Program-made: the position numbers and the translations under genes
Assembly (NCBI GenBank): GCA_022750455.1
Contig: JAKIVR010000005.1
Coordinates: forward strand, 1-61,079
Direction: 5' to 3'
DNA length: 61,079 nucleotides
Source of the DNA: Thermoplasmata archaeon
GTDB lineage: Archaea; Thermoplasmatota; Thermoplasmata; Lutacidiplasmatales; UBA184
The notes under the pieces: model-generated
What the model saw: the letters and a program-made list of their open reading frames with translations, nothing else
Databases searched by the model: none
Told to the model about the DNA's origin: nothing
Shown here: positions 1 to 10,573 of the stretch, piece after piece
Position numbering within the stretch: the stretch's first letter is position 1
Layout: each line of letters starts with the position of its first letter

Positions 1-2
1 TC

Positions 3-3000
3 AGTGAGCTCACCCAGATCCTGCAGAACCAGCAGACGCCGAGCTCCCCCGAGTTCCAACACTGGTTGACGCACTCCCAAGAGGCGTCGATGTTCGGACC
101 GAACCCGGTGGTGATGCAGAACGCGCTGACCTACTTCCAATCCGAAGGGTTCACGCTGCAGACCCGGGGGATCGCCTCTCTCTCCTTCTCGGGCACGGTC
201 GGCCAGGCCCAGAGCGCGTTCCGAACGGACCTGGTGAACGTCCACTTCCCGAACGGCTCCTTCGGGTCCCTCGACGCCCAACCGCTCTCCCTCCCCGGCG
301 CCCTCGCCCCGTACGTCCAGACCGTCAACGGCGTCGCGGAGACGAGCGTCAACCAGTACGAGATGATCCAGCTCCCGACGGACATCGCCCCGGTGGTCGG
401 TGGTGGCCCGTCGTCGCAGACCGGCTACGCGCAGACGAACCTCTCCGACCTCTACAACTTCACCAACCACGCCTTCGGGTGGACCTCGTACTACACGGAG
501 GGCCCGAAGGGCGAGCAGGTGAAGGTGAACTCGCAGCTCATCACGCCGGGCGGGATCAGCTACGCGTACGACGCCCTCCCCTTGCTCAACGCCGGCTACA
601 ACGGCGACTCCACGGGCACTCCGATCACCATCGCCATCGTGATGGGCCTCGGCCTGAACCCGGGGGATTTCTCCGAGTACGCCCAGCAGGTCTGGAACAA
701 TCCGAACCAGATTCTCGACCGGCTCACCGCCCTCCCCGTCGATGGGGCGTACGGATTGAACGGCACGAAGTACTACACCGACGGAACCTCCGGGGAGATG
801 GCCCTCGATATCGAGTACTCGAGCACCATGGCTCCCGCGGCCCACATCGACGCGGTGTATGGCCAGGGCGGGCTCGACACGAAGACGCTCGATGACGATT
901 ACGCGAAGCTCTGGAGCCTCGCCAAGGCGCCGAACATCATCTCGAACTCCTGGGGCGGGGGCGAGGACTACAACAACCTTTACGGGCCGAACTGGGAGAA
1001 CTTCCAGACGATGAACAACTACATCATGCTCCTGACGGCGATGGGATCGACCGTCCTCGCCTCCTCCGGGGACGGGGGCGGATTCGACCTCGGCGACGGG
1101 GTGCTGACCGCCTCCTATCCGGCCGCCGACCCGTACGTGGTCTCGGTCGACGGCGCCCGGACGGTGCTCGCGGGACCGGACGGACTGCCGTACACCCCGG
1201 TCCCGAGCCTCGGCGCCGTGAACGTGAGCCTCTCCGGCCCCAACGGGCCGAACAACTTCGTCATGCGCGTCGGCACGGCGACCCAGGTGATCAACGAGTC
1301 GTACTGGTACAGCCCCTACTCGAACTACTCCCTTCTCCGGGCGGCCCCGTTCGCGGCCGGCGGGTTCGGGACGAGCAGCTGGTTCAATCAGAGCTGGTGG
1401 GAGCATGGCCAGACGATGCCCAACGTCGGGCGCGAGCTCGGGAGCACGGTCGCGGCCGAGGGCGACTTCAACGAGTCGATCTACTTCGATGGGGCGTGGG
1501 AGTTCAACTACGGCGGGACGAGCTTCGCGTGTCCGACGGCCGCCGGGGAGCTCGCTCTCGTCGAGGATTATCTGGCGGCCCACGGCCACAGCTCGTACCT
1601 CGGGAACGGCAACATCGTCACCGCGACGATCGGCAATGCCTGGTGGAACGGCAACCTCACCCTCGACCCGTACATCGACATCACCAACGGGACCAGCTAC
1701 TGGGCGAACCAGGGCGAGGTCAACGGCTGGTCGTGGACCCCCGGACAGGTCTTCCCGTACAACGGCACCACCCCGACCTACGGCGACACCCACCGCGGGT
1801 GGAACTTCCCTGACGGCTGGGGCATCATCAACGCCTACAACTTTGCGGTCGACCTGAACGCGATGGAGTCGATGCCCGGCAGCTTCGCCTCGATGAACTC
1901 GGCCGGGTCGACGTACGATCCGTCGGTCTGGGGGAATCTTGCGACGAACGGCAGCTACACGCTCCACGTCAACTCGACCTCGGCGATCGATCTCCTCTCG
2001 CCCCGCGTCACCGTCCTCTTCTGGAACGCCTCGGGCGTGGAGACGGCGTCCGTGCCCACGCTGACATCGGACGGGACCGGATACACGTTCTCTCTCGACA
2101 CCACCGGATTCAACAGCGCGGGCTACGTCGTCTTCGAATTCGGGGACTCGACCAATTCGACCCTCGGATTTGCCTATTCCTGGATCGCCCCGTTCATCCC
2201 GAAGGACGAAACGCTCTCGGTCACGGTCGTCGACCCCGCGAGCGGGGTCATCCCGGGCGGAACGCCCGTGTTCAACGCGGCGCTCGGCCAGGACCCGTTC
2301 GTCTACGGCTACCCCGATGACCCTCTGCCCGCCGGGATCTTCCAGGACACGGTCACGGTGCTGGTCACTTACAATGGCGTCCCCGTCTACGACGTCCCCG
2401 TCACCGCCACCATCCCCTCGTACCAGGACATCGCTTGGCAAGGCTCGGAATCGTCGAACCTGACGGGATGGGGCCAGACAGCGGGGGCGGCGACCGTCAC
2501 CAACGAGATGTCGTCGAGCCTGACGAACGTGAGCGGTGAGGCGTTGATCTATACCACCAACGTCAACCGGCCGACGACGTACACCCTCACCGCGTCGTAC
2601 GCGGGACAGGTCGCCCACACGACGTTCCAGGACGTCCCACCGCCCAACATCGCGCCCATCGACAACGACGGCGGCAACTGGTCCGAGTTCGACTGGATCG
2701 ACTTCCAGTCGTGGGAGTACCGGGACGAATTCACGGCGAATCAGCTGGCGTACAACGCCGAGAACCAGTCCGACTACTACTCGGAGATCTACGCGTGGCA
2801 GGGCGAGGACCTGACGGTCAAGGTCACGAACTCCACCGGGGCCAATGTGCCGGACGGCACCAAGGTGTGGCTCGGTACGCTCGACACGGGCCGCCAGACG
2901 GAGTTCAACCTCTATTCGGCGTCGGGAGGCATCTTGGGCATCACCAACACTTCGGGGACGAACTCCTCGACGGGCGCGAATGGGGATCCCGCGGGAGAGG

Positions 3001-4577
3001 CGACCGTCTACGTCCCGGACAACATCACCCCGACCGTCGACGGGGTCACCCAGGTCGGCCCATATCCCGAGACCGCCGTCGAGTATCCGTTGGAGTTCCT
3101 CTCCGTCGATCTCGCGGGACAGCAGAACCGGACCTCGAGCCGGAACGAGCCGTGTTTCCCGTATCCTTTCCCCTTCCAGGCGCCCGTGGCGCTCACCAAC
3201 TGCGTCTACAACAACTCGTATCAGAGGAACTACTCCTCCGCGGCGTTGGCCGTGCTTCCGGACCCGGTGACCGCGTACACCCAGACCCAGGCCGGGAGCC
3301 CGCAGGACTTCTTCCGGACCGGTTCCAACATCTCCTGGGAGGTCAACGTGACCCTACCGGATCTCGACCCGTTCGCCGGCCAGTTCTGGATCGGCTGGGA
3401 GTGGCCCGCCGGCCTCGAGCATATCGTCAATGAGACGGGGTACGTCGATTGTCCCAACAACGATTATGCCAATTGCGCGCCGGCTGGATATCTGACGGTC
3501 GACGCCAATGACAATCAGGCGTACGACGAGTTCGGGAACCTGACCGGCGTCTACACCCCGGGGATCCACACCCTCGAGGTCGTCGTGCGGGACTCTATGG
3601 GGCACGTCTTCACCGCGCGCCACGTCTTCATCATCGGCCAGATCGCGCTCACGGACCTACCGGCCTCGCAGGTGTACACCCCGATCCCGTTCAACCTGAC
3701 CTGGACCCTCAACATCCCCTCGACCCAGGTCTCCAACAAGACGTTCAACGAGTCGCTCGAGATCAGCTACGTGACCAACGTCTTCGTCGACGGCTCGCTC
3801 CAGGGATGCGGTGGGTTCGGCCGACTACGCTGCCCGCAGGTGGTGAACCTCTCGATCCCCGTCCGTCCCGGAGAGACCAACTACACCCAGAACGTGAATC
3901 GGTCGACGTTAGAGCACAACGGGTTCTACTCCGGGGGTACGGACATACCTCCGGGTCAGTACCAGATCCTCGTCTGGCTGAACGCGAACCACAGCGGTTC
4001 GATCTCCCAGGAGGCAGTGACGTACCTGGTGTTCGACCCGCTCGCCGCGGAGATCACCGGACCGTCCGCGAACGCCGTCGTGCCGTTAGGCAACGTGACG
4101 TTATCGTACTCGTACACGGGGCAGTACATCTCGAACGCCCAGCTCTTCGTCTATGCCCAATCGAACCCGACGTCGGCGGTGTTCGAGTCGTCGATCTACT
4201 CGCCGGGCACGGGGATCCGCGGCGGCGGGGTGAGCTGGACGGCGGTGACGCCCGGGGCGTATCGGGTGGCGCTAGGTCTCTCCACCCCGTACGGGAACAG
4301 CTCGATCTCCGAATGGATCAACGTCTCCATGACGAGCCCGTACGTCTGGCTCAACCTGACCCCGGTCGGGGCGCTGGGCGGACTCTCCCCACCGACCGCG
4401 GCGGCGAGCCTCGCCATCGTCGGGGCCCTCGTGGGCCTGACGCTGGGGTACTTCGTGGTCAATCCGAGCCGGCAGAAGGTGCCGTCCGACCGCAAGCTGC
4501 CGACCCCGTCGGACCAGCCCGTACCGTCGAAGTCCCCCGGGACTCCGACCCCGACGTCCACGCCGAGCTCCGGTTGA
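3..4577 (+). CDS. Large membrane-anchored sedolisin (S53) protease, 5'-truncated by the window edge
   Basis: Frame is open from nt 3 (pro-domain ...PSSPEFQHWLT). Catalytic motifs EMALDIEYS, SSGDGG and GGTSFACP. Followed by a long Ig-like, NxS/T-rich region, a C-terminal TM helix and a Pro-rich tail. Confidence 0.9.
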   Translation, partial: SELTQILQNQQTPSSPEFQHWLTHSQEASMFGPNPVVMQNALTYFQSEGFTLQTRGIASLSFSGTVGQAQSAFRTDLVNVHFPNGSFGSLDAQPLSLPGALAPYVQTVNGVAETSVNQYEMIQLPTDIAPVVGGGPSSQTGYAQTNLSDLYNFTNHAFGWTSYYTEGPKGEQVKVNSQLITPGGISYAYDALPLLNAGYNGDSTGTPITIAIVMGLGLNPGDFSEYAQQVWNNPNQILDRLTALPVDGAYGLNGTKYYTDGTSGEMALDIEYSSTMAPAAHIDAVYGQGGLDTKTLDDDYAKLWSLAKAPNIISNSWGGGEDYNNLYGPNWENFQTMNNYIMLLTAMGSTVLASSGDGGGFDLGDGVLTASYPAADPYVVSVDGARTVLAGPDGLPYTPVPSLGAVNVSLSGPNGPNNFVMRVGTATQVINESYWYSPYSNYSLLRAAPFAAGGFGTSSWFNQSWWEHGQTMPNVGRELGSTVAAEGDFNESIYFDGAWEFNYGGTSFACPTAAGELALVEDYLAAHGHSSYLGNGNIVTATIGNAWWNGNLTLDPYIDITNGTSYWANQGEVNGWSWTPGQVFPYNGTTPTYGDTHRGWNFPDGWGIINAYNFAVDLNAMESMPGSFASMNSAGSTYDPSVWGNLATNGSYTLHVNSTSAIDLLSPRVTVLFWNASGVETASVPTLTSDGTGYTFSLDTTGFNSAGYVVFEFGDSTNSTLGFAYSWIAPFIPKDETLSVTVVDPASGVIPGGTPVFNAALGQDPFVYGYPDDPLPAGIFQDTVTVLVTYNGVPVYDVPVTATIPSYQDIAWQGSESSNLTGWGQTAGAATVTNEMSSSLTNVSGEALIYTTNVNRPTTYTLTASYAGQVAHTTFQDVPPPNIAPIDNDGGNWSEFDWIDFQSWEYRDEFTANQLAYNAENQSDYYSEIYAWQGEDLTVKVTNSTGANVPDGTKVWLGTLDTGRQTEFNLYSASGGILGITNTSGTNSSTGANGDPAGEATVYVPDNITPTVDGVTQVGPYPETAVEYPLEFLSVDLAGQQNRTSSRNEPCFPYPFPFQAPVALTNCVYNNSYQRNYSSAALAVLPDPVTAYTQTQAGSPQDFFRTGSNISWEVNVTLPDLDPFAGQFWIGWEWPAGLEHIVNETGYVDCPNNDYANCAPAGYLTVDANDNQAYDEFGNLTGVYTPGIHTLEVVVRDSMGHVFTARHVFIIGQIALTDLPASQVYTPIPFNLTWTLNIPSTQVSNKTFNESLEISYVTNVFVDGSLQGCGGFGRLRCPQVVNLSIPVRPGETNYTQNVNRSTLEHNGFYSGGTDIPPGQYQILVWLNANHSGSISQEAVTYLVFDPLAAEITGPSANAVVPLGNVTLSYSYTGQYISNAQLFVYAQSNPTSAVFESSIYSPGTGIRGGGVSWTAVTPGAYRVALGLSTPYGNSSISEWINVSMTSPYVWLNLTPVGALGGLSPPTAAASLAIVGALVGLTLGYFVVNPSRQKVPSDRKLPTPSDQPVPSKSPGTPTPTSTPSSG

Positions 4578-4602
4578 GCTGGGACGTCGGACCGCGGTCG
4601 GT

Positions 4603-5832
4603 CTAGGCGAACCGTAGCTTCGGGTAGTTCCGTCGCCAGGCGAGCACTTCGGCACCGACCCGCTCCCCCCGGACACCCGATCGGAGGAGCAGTTCGGCGA
4701 GCCGCGGCATCTCCGTCGGGGTGAGCCCGAGCCGGGCGATCTCGGCGGTCCCGAGCCGACCCACGAGATCGGTGATGAGGCGGCTTCGCTCCCACCGTCG
4801 GCCGATCGCCCCTGGTCCGAGGCCGGACGCGGCGCGGAGCCGGGGGAGGTCGATCACGAGCTGGTGGGATTCGGTGAAGTCCCGCTCCGCGGCGAGCAGC
4901 GGGAGCCCGCCGGGTGCGAGCGCGGCGCCGAGCGCCCGGGCATTGGAGATCGTCGTCTGCGCGTACTCGGGCCCGACCCGCTCCATCTCGAGCAGCGTCT
5001 GGCCGAGCGCCGCGATCCGGTGCCAGTGCGCGTTGTCGAAGACGCGCCAGACGAGCGCCGGGGCGATCTGGGCGAAGAGGTCCTCCCGGTTCGTCACCAA
5101 CAGACCGCCCTGGGGGCCCGGGAACGTCTTGTGCGTGCTGCCGAACATCACGTCCGCGCCCTCACGCAGCGGGTCCTGGAAGGTGCCGCCCGCGATCAGC
5201 CCGAGCACGTGGGAAGCGTCGTACAGCACGAGGGCGCCCGCCGCGTGGGCCTCCTCGGCGATCTCGCGGAGCGGGTACGGGAACAGCACCACGCTCTGTC
5301 CGAGAAGGACGGCCGCCGGCCGCTCCCGCCGGATCTCGACGGCGACCTCGGCCGGGTCCAGGATCTCGGCCGGCGATCGGACGGGCAACGGACGCATCAC
5401 ATAGTCGAGCACCGCGTGGAGGTACCCCGGCCCGTAGCCGTCGTAGCCTCCCGCCTCGGCGGGAACGGCCAGGAACTTGGAGCCGCGGGGCAACAGCGGT
5501 ACTAGGGCGCTCATCGCCGCGATGTGACCGGAGAGGGGGCGGGTCGTCGCCCACTTCGCCCGGAACACCCGGGCCGCCGCGGCGTCGGCGAGCGCCTCGA
5601 TCTCATCGGTGTAGCGGGTGCCCCCGTACGCGTTGTCCACGGTCTCGCCGTTGACCTGATGGGGTCCGGGCAGCGTATACCGCCCTGCGAGGTCGGAGGC
5701 GAGCAGACGTCGCGCCGCGGGAGAGACGGCGTTCTCGCTCGGCAAGAGGTTGAAGACTTCCCGACCGCGCCAGCGGTCGTGGGCGCGGACGAGCGCGGCG
5801 AGGTGGCGCTCGGACTCAGTGGCTCCCGGCAT
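4603..5832 (-). CDS. glyA: Serine hydroxymethyltransferase
   Basis: NLLPSEN, YDASHVLGLIAGG and the PLP-lysine motif GSTHKTFPGPQGG. Confidence 0.93.
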   Translation of the reverse strand: MPGATESERHLAALVRAHDRWRGREVFNLLPSENAVSPAARRLLASDLAGRYTLPGPHQVNGETVDNAYGGTRYTDEIEALADAAAARVFRAKWATTRPLSGHIAAMSALVPLLPRGSKFLAVPAEAGGYDGYGPGYLHAVLDYVMRPLPVRSPAEILDPAEVAVEIRRERPAAVLLGQSVVLFPYPLREIAEEAHAAGALVLYDASHVLGLIAGGTFQDPLREGADVMFGSTHKTFPGPQGGLLVTNREDLFAQIAPALVWRVFDNAHWHRIAALGQTLLEMERVGPEYAQTTISNARALGAALAPGGLPLLAAERDFTESHQLVIDLPRLRAASGLGPGAIGRRWERSRLITDLVGRLGTAEIARLGLTPTEMPRLAELLLRSGVRGERVGAEVLAWRRNYPKLRFA

Positions 5833-6430
5833 GGTGTCCGCCGGGGGCGCGCGCCTTCAGGGGCGCGTGCAGGGTCCCGTAGCTGTGGCTCATCTTGCGG
5901 GTCTCCGTGGCGCCGCATCGGGGGCAGTGGAGTCCCCGATCCCCCCCGGCGAGGATCCCGTGGCAGCTGTGGCAACGGGCCGCGACGACGCCGAGCGAGG
6001 CGGGCGCGGTGGTGAGCTTGACCGTCGGTTGGGCCTGGAGCACCTTGGCGAGGACGATGTCGCCGGTCGAGAACGCCTCGTTGAGGGAGTCGGTGTACCC
6101 CTCCTTGGCCTTGGAGATGTGGATCGTCGCTTCGGGCGTCCCCGGGACCGCCCGGTTCGTGGACGCGTCGGACAGGAGCGTGACGATCGCCATCTGGCTC
6201 TTCAGCTCGTCCACCCGGGCGTACACGAGGTCGCCCTCCCCGAGATGGGGGATGGCGTGGACGGCCCGGACCGAGACCGAGCGGTCGTTGGCGTCGACGT
6301 GGGTACTTCCGAGAAGGGCGGCGTAGACCCGGCCCTGCTCTTCGTAGGTGCCGTGGCCCGGGACGAACTCTTCGGCGGTGCCCAGCAACTCGCCTGGCAG
6401 GACCAGGCGGCTCGCGTGCGATGCAGTCAT
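5816..6430 (-). CDS. csl4: Exosome RNA-binding subunit Csl4
   Basis: LVLPGELLG..EEF.PG.GTY N-terminus, S1 domain, LGVVAARCxxC...CPRCG..ETRK Zn ribbon. Start placed at ATG 6430, which overlaps the upstream stop (ATGA). Confidence 0.9.
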   Translation of the reverse strand: MTASHASRLVLPGELLGTAEEFVPGHGTYEEQGRVYAALLGSTHVDANDRSVSVRAVHAIPHLGEGDLVYARVDELKSQMAIVTLLSDASTNRAVPGTPEATIHISKAKEGYTDSLNEAFSTGDIVLAKVLQAQPTVKLTTAPASLGVVAARCHSCHGILAGGDRGLHCPRCGATETRKMSHSYGTLHAPLKARAPGGHHAGSH

Positions 6431-7026
6431 GGTGTGTTCGGCTTCGGCGTCACGATCCACAGGTCCACTTCGAGCTCCACCCGCGCCTTCCGATGGTGCG
6501 GAAGGGTCGCCGGGAGGGGCCAGTGAACCGGGATCGTCTCGTCGATGCCTCCACCCGAGTCGACCGTCAGACGGGCTATAAAGGTTCGGGAGTCGGAGAG
6601 GGCGAACGCGTAGATCCGACGGTGGGCGACGCGGAACGCGGTGGCCCAGAACGGCCGGTCCGCATGTCGGAACTGGGCCCCGAACGGGGCGTTCATGAGG
6701 ACCGAGTCGACGGGCTCGTCGAACAGCTCGACCGAGCCCTCCATCACCTCCAGCTTCACGTCCGTGGCGGCCGCGTTCTGGCGCAACACGTCCACCACCT
6801 CGGGATCGATCTCGACGGCGTGGACCGGTCGGGCGCCGGAGAGGGCGGCGCCGATCGCCAGGATCCCGGGGCCGGCCCCGAGGTCCGCGACGGACCGTCC
6901 CCGGAGGTCGCCCCGCCGATCGGCCTCGGTGAGCAGCCGAATGGCGAGCTCGGAAGGGGTGGACAACTGCTCCCGCCGGGCGGAGGGATGGGGGAACCCC
7001 TGCAGCTCGTGGAGCTGGGCGCCCAA
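6427..7026 (-). CDS. METTL5-family SAM-dependent N6-adenine RNA methyltransferase
   Basis: EQLSTP, VADLGAGPGIL and MNAPFG (variant of NPPFG). Adjacent to csl4 as is usual in archaea. The TTG start is uncertain. Confidence 0.85.
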   Translation of the reverse strand: MGAQLHELQGFPHPSARREQLSTPSELAIRLLTEADRRGDLRGRSVADLGAGPGILAIGAALSGARPVHAVEIDPEVVDVLRQNAAATDVKLEVMEGSVELFDEPVDSVLMNAPFGAQFRHADRPFWATAFRVAHRRIYAFALSDSRTFIARLTVDSGGGIDETIPVHWPLPATLPHHRKARVELEVDLWIVTPKPNTP

Positions 7027-7076
7027 CGTCGCCCGACGGAGGGTCGGCGCGGCAGCTTCGCGGCGCCCCGGGGCGA

Positions 7077-7192
7077 TGCGGGGAGCCGGATTTGAACCGG
7101 CGGACGCCTTACGCGACAGGATCTCTCACGGCGGCCGGACGAGCCGGCGCCGGTTTAAGTCCTGCGCCGTTGCCAGGCTTGGCTATCCCCGC
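7077..7192 (-). tRNA. tRNA-Leu(UAA) with a 31-nt canonical (37/38) intron at 7123-7153
   Basis: Acceptor stem GCGGGGA/TCCCCGC-A, anticodon arm CAGGA-CT-TAA-A^..^A-TCCTG, long variable arm, T loop TTCAAAT. BHB has central helix CTTA/TGAG with 3-nt bulges AAC and AGA. CCA not encoded. Confidence 0.95.
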
Positions 7193-7195
7193 GTG

Positions 7196-7492
7196 TTACC
7201 GGGCCGGGGCGGCCACGGCTTCAGCCTGCGGTGGGTGGGCCGGTGCCTTCTTCATCGAGACGCGTCGGGGGAAGAACCGAAGGATCACGACATCGTTGAC
7301 CGCGGACACCCAGCGATACGGGACATTGATCGGTTTGGACTCCTCGACTAACAGGCCGCTCGGCTCCGCCAGGAAGAGACCGTCGATCTTGGCGTTCTCG
7401 ACGTCGACGACAAGGTTCGTGACCTCGCCGAGAAGACGTCCGTCGTTCGTGTACACCTGGCGTCCCAGAAGCTCCGTCGACTCAACCAGCAT
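7196..7492 (-). CDS. PRC-barrel domain protein
   Basis: ELLGRQVYTNDGRLLGEV..LVVD...IDGL...VPYRWVSAVNDVVIL. TTAAAA box about 25 nt upstream. Confidence 0.88.
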   Translation of the reverse strand: MLVESTELLGRQVYTNDGRLLGEVTNLVVDVENAKIDGLFLAEPSGLLVEESKPINVPYRWVSAVNDVVILRFFPRRVSMKKAPAHPPQAEAVAAPAR

Positions 7493-7562
7493 GACGTGGA
7501 CCTAGCTGCCCGACCGTGGTGCCCCCTTTTAACCGTTGTCACGGAGTCGCAGCGCCGGGACG

Positions 7563-9356
7563 TCAGCCGGCGTCGCCGGGGCCCTCGACCGCGTGGTGCC
7601 GGACCTGGGAGGTGTACAACTTCACCAACTCGTCGGCCGTCGTCGCCTCTTCGGGACCCTTGTCCTCCCGGAAGTTCCCGGTAAAGCGCGGGAAACGGAG
7701 GGCGAACCCGGCGCCGGGACGAACCGCCCCGAACGCCGCCCGGTGGATCGCGCTCAGGCTCAGCTCCGCCCCTCGGACCTCGAGGACGAGACCGGGCCGG
7801 AACCATTGGTCAGGCACGATCGAGGAAGAGACGTTCTTGGGCGATTCCGGGGACCGGAACCGCTCGAGTCGTTTCGGCATCTCCGCGAGCTGCGCATCGT
7901 CGAACCCGCTGCCGGCTTTACAGAAGGTCTCGTACAGGTCGCTCTGCCGGTTGTACGTTGCCAACAGGAACGCTCCGAACGCCCCCGCCCGCCGGCCGCG
8001 GCCGTGGAACGCGCCCACGACGACGCCGTCTATCGAATCGGCGAGAGAGATCGTGTACTCGCGCTTGTACTTGATCCACCAGAACCCCCGGGCCCCGGCG
8101 CGATACCGGCTGCCCGCCGCGAGTGACTTGGCCATGACCCCCTCGCAGCCGTCGGCGATCGATTCGTCGAAGAACGCGGTCGCCTCCTCCACCGATGCGA
8201 CGACGCGCTGGGTCGCGAGCTGGACCCGATCCGTGGGCGCGAGGATCTTCTCCAGACGGTGGCGCCGCGCGGGGAAGTCCAGCTCCGCGCTCTCCTCGTC
8301 GCCGGCCAGGAGCACGTCGAAGAGGAACAGACGGACGGGCACCTCGGCCTGCATCCGCTCCAGGTCGTACTTTCGACCCCGCCGACGGGAGATCTCCTGG
8401 AACGGTTGCAGCTCCCCGGTCTCGGGGGAGACGGAGACACACTCTCCCTCGACGATGGCCGGCCGGGTGGTGATCACCTTCGGCAGCTCCTCGATGAGCT
8501 CCGGGAACTGGGCGCTCATCTCCTCGAGACGACGGGAGAACAGCTTCGCGGGTCCCGTCGCCGGGATGTGGGCCTGGATCCGCAGCCCATCGTACTTGTA
8601 CTCCAGGGCCGCCCCGCCGTCCATCCGCTTCAGCACGTCCACGAGGTCAGGAGATCGCTCCGCCAGCATCGGCCGGATCGGTCGACCGACCTGGAGATGG
8701 ATCCCTTGGAGACCGGGGAGGCCATCCTTCGCCAACGACGTCGCCACGAGCCCGAGATCGCTCGAGACGTTGTACGCGTTCTCGATCGGAAGGCGCGCGG
8801 CCTTGTCCCCCGGAGCAAACGCGTCCGCCAACGAGTCGAGAATCGTCTGGGTGCCGACCCCGAGGCGCAGCTGGCCGAGTACGAGCCGGGTGAGGTACTT
8901 CGCTTCGGACGGGCCGGCGCCCCGGAGCACCTCCGCGAGAAGTTCGATCTTCTTCTTCTGCGACCCGTCCCCGCTCGCCGTGGCGATGGCGAGCAGCGCC
9001 GCGTACACTTCGCGGACGGTGGAGGTGCGTCCGGCCCCCTCGCCTCCCGACGGCCCGCCGGCCGCAAGCTCGGCGGCCGTCGTTCCAAGGTCCCCGCTTT
9101 GCCGGACGTGCTGGGCGACCTTCTCCTCGGGGATCCCGAGCGCGTCGGCCAAGGCTCGCCGCGCGAGCTGACCGGCGACACCCAGCTCGATCCCTTCGAA
9201 CTCCGGCCGCAGGAGCCCCTGGGAGAGGTAGACCGCCTCCGCGATCTCGTCGGGAGGCAGCCGCTGGAACAGCTCGGCCAGGATCTGGCGCATCTCGAGG
9301 CGCTTGGTCGTCGCGGCGAGCTTGTCGTACGTGGCCACGAGCTCAGCGAACTGCAC
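7563..9356 (-). CDS. lig: ATP-dependent DNA ligase
   Basis: Motif I EYKYDGLR, EGVMAK, WWIKYKREY and ALRFPRF. GTG start at 9356 with a GAGGAGG SD. Confidence 0.95.
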   Translation of the reverse strand: MQFAELVATYDKLAATTKRLEMRQILAELFQRLPPDEIAEAVYLSQGLLRPEFEGIELGVAGQLARRALADALGIPEEKVAQHVRQSGDLGTTAAELAAGGPSGGEGAGRTSTVREVYAALLAIATASGDGSQKKKIELLAEVLRGAGPSEAKYLTRLVLGQLRLGVGTQTILDSLADAFAPGDKAARLPIENAYNVSSDLGLVATSLAKDGLPGLQGIHLQVGRPIRPMLAERSPDLVDVLKRMDGGAALEYKYDGLRIQAHIPATGPAKLFSRRLEEMSAQFPELIEELPKVITTRPAIVEGECVSVSPETGELQPFQEISRRRGRKYDLERMQAEVPVRLFLFDVLLAGDEESAELDFPARRHRLEKILAPTDRVQLATQRVVASVEEATAFFDESIADGCEGVMAKSLAAGSRYRAGARGFWWIKYKREYTISLADSIDGVVVGAFHGRGRRAGAFGAFLLATYNRQSDLYETFCKAGSGFDDAQLAEMPKRLERFRSPESPKNVSSSIVPDQWFRPGLVLEVRGAELSLSAIHRAAFGAVRPGAGFALRFPRFTGNFREDKGPEEATTADELVKLYTSQVRHHAVEGPGDAG

Positions 9357-10038
9357 GGTGGGTCGCCTCCTCGAGGGCCCGGCGCAGGGAGGCGAGGTTC
9401 GCCCCGACGTCCCCGCCGGCGAAGGCGGAGTTTCCGCAGACGAGGAACGTCGCGCCGGCTCGGACGACCTCGGGGGCGGTCGTCGCCGTGATCCCTCCAT
9501 CCGCCGAGATGTCGGCGGACGAGCCGATCTCGTCCAGGCGGCGATCGACCTCCGCCATCTTGGGCAGGATGTCGGGAAGGAACTTCTGGCCCGAGAATCC
9601 CGGATGCACGCTCATCACGAGGACCTGATCGAGCCGGTCGATCCACGGAAGGACGCGATCGATCGGAGTGTCGGGCCGCAGGGCCGCCCCGACCTGGGCT
9701 CCCAGCGCGTGGCCCGCCTCGATGGCGCGTCCCATCGACACGTCCGACTCCACGTGGACGACCAGGGTGTCGCCGCCGGCCTCACGGAACACCGGAAGGT
9801 ACTTCTCCGGATCTTGGATCATCAGGTGGATGTCGAGCGGGAGCGTCGTCCTCTCCCGGACCGCGCGGACGAGGGCCGGACCGAAGGAGAGGTTCGGGAC
9901 GAAGTGCCCGTCCATCACGTCGAGATGGAACGCGTCGGCGCCCCCCTTCTCGGCCGCCTCGACCGCAGCGCCCAACGCCCCAAAATCGGCGCTGAGCAGC
10001 GAGGGAGCGAGCCGGATCGCTCGGCGTGGACGGGGCAC
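9343..10038 (-). CDS. rpe: Ribulose-phosphate 3-epimerase
   Basis: APSLLSADF, HLDVMDGHFVPN, DIHLM, MSVHPGFSGQKF and DGGI. Confidence 0.95.
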   Translation of the reverse strand: MPRPRRAIRLAPSLLSADFGALGAAVEAAEKGGADAFHLDVMDGHFVPNLSFGPALVRAVRERTTLPLDIHLMIQDPEKYLPVFREAGGDTLVVHVESDVSMGRAIEAGHALGAQVGAALRPDTPIDRVLPWIDRLDQVLVMSVHPGFSGQKFLPDILPKMAEVDRRLDEIGSSADISADGGITATTAPEVVRAGATFLVCGNSAFAGGDVGANLASLRRALEEATHRAVR

Positions 10039-10098
10039 GACCGGCCGACCGCGGCTGGATATATTACGGACCCGCGCCCGGAGGGCTCTCCGGGCCGG

Positions 10099-10572
10099 TC
10101 AGAGGAACTCGCTCGGATCCGGTCCCGTCGGTCGGCCCTCGAACGGGTCCTCCCCCCGGCGGGCGTGCTCCGCCTCGGGGGTCCACCGTCCGAAGCGGGT
10201 CGGGCGCAGCCAGGTCGGGTGGAACTTCTGGTGTCGGCTCTCCTTCTCCGGATCGGGTCGGTACCAGAGATAGCGCGTGAGGAGGAACTCCAGATAGACC
10301 GCGACGACGAGCCCCAACGCCGCAACTCCGGGTCCCTCGGGAAGGTTCAACAGAGCGAGGGCGAGAATGACGTCGAGGACGAAGTAGGCGAGTCCCAGCC
10401 ACCACTTGAGGAACTGTCGATAGAAGTACTCGCTCCACGTCGGGCCCGGGTCGGCCAACGCGGCGGCGCGCTCCTCGTCCGACAGTCGGGGGAACAGCTC
10501 GTCAAACCCGCGACGGCGTCGCCGCCTACGCTTCGCCGGTTTCGGCCCGGACGCCTCGGTCGAGCCGCTCAC
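10099..10572 (-). CDS. Hypothetical two-TM membrane protein, last gene of the opp/dpp operon
   Basis: Arg-rich N-terminus and two hydrophobic helices. Starts 1 nt after the dppF stop. Confidence 0.65.
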   Translation of the reverse strand: MSGSTEASGPKPAKRRRRRRRGFDELFPRLSDEERAAALADPGPTWSEYFYRQFLKWWLGLAYFVLDVILALALLNLPEGPGVAALGLVVAVYLEFLLTRYLWYRPDPEKESRHQKFHPTWLRPTRFGRWTPEAEHARRGEDPFEGRPTGPDPSEFL

Positions 10573-10573
10573 G

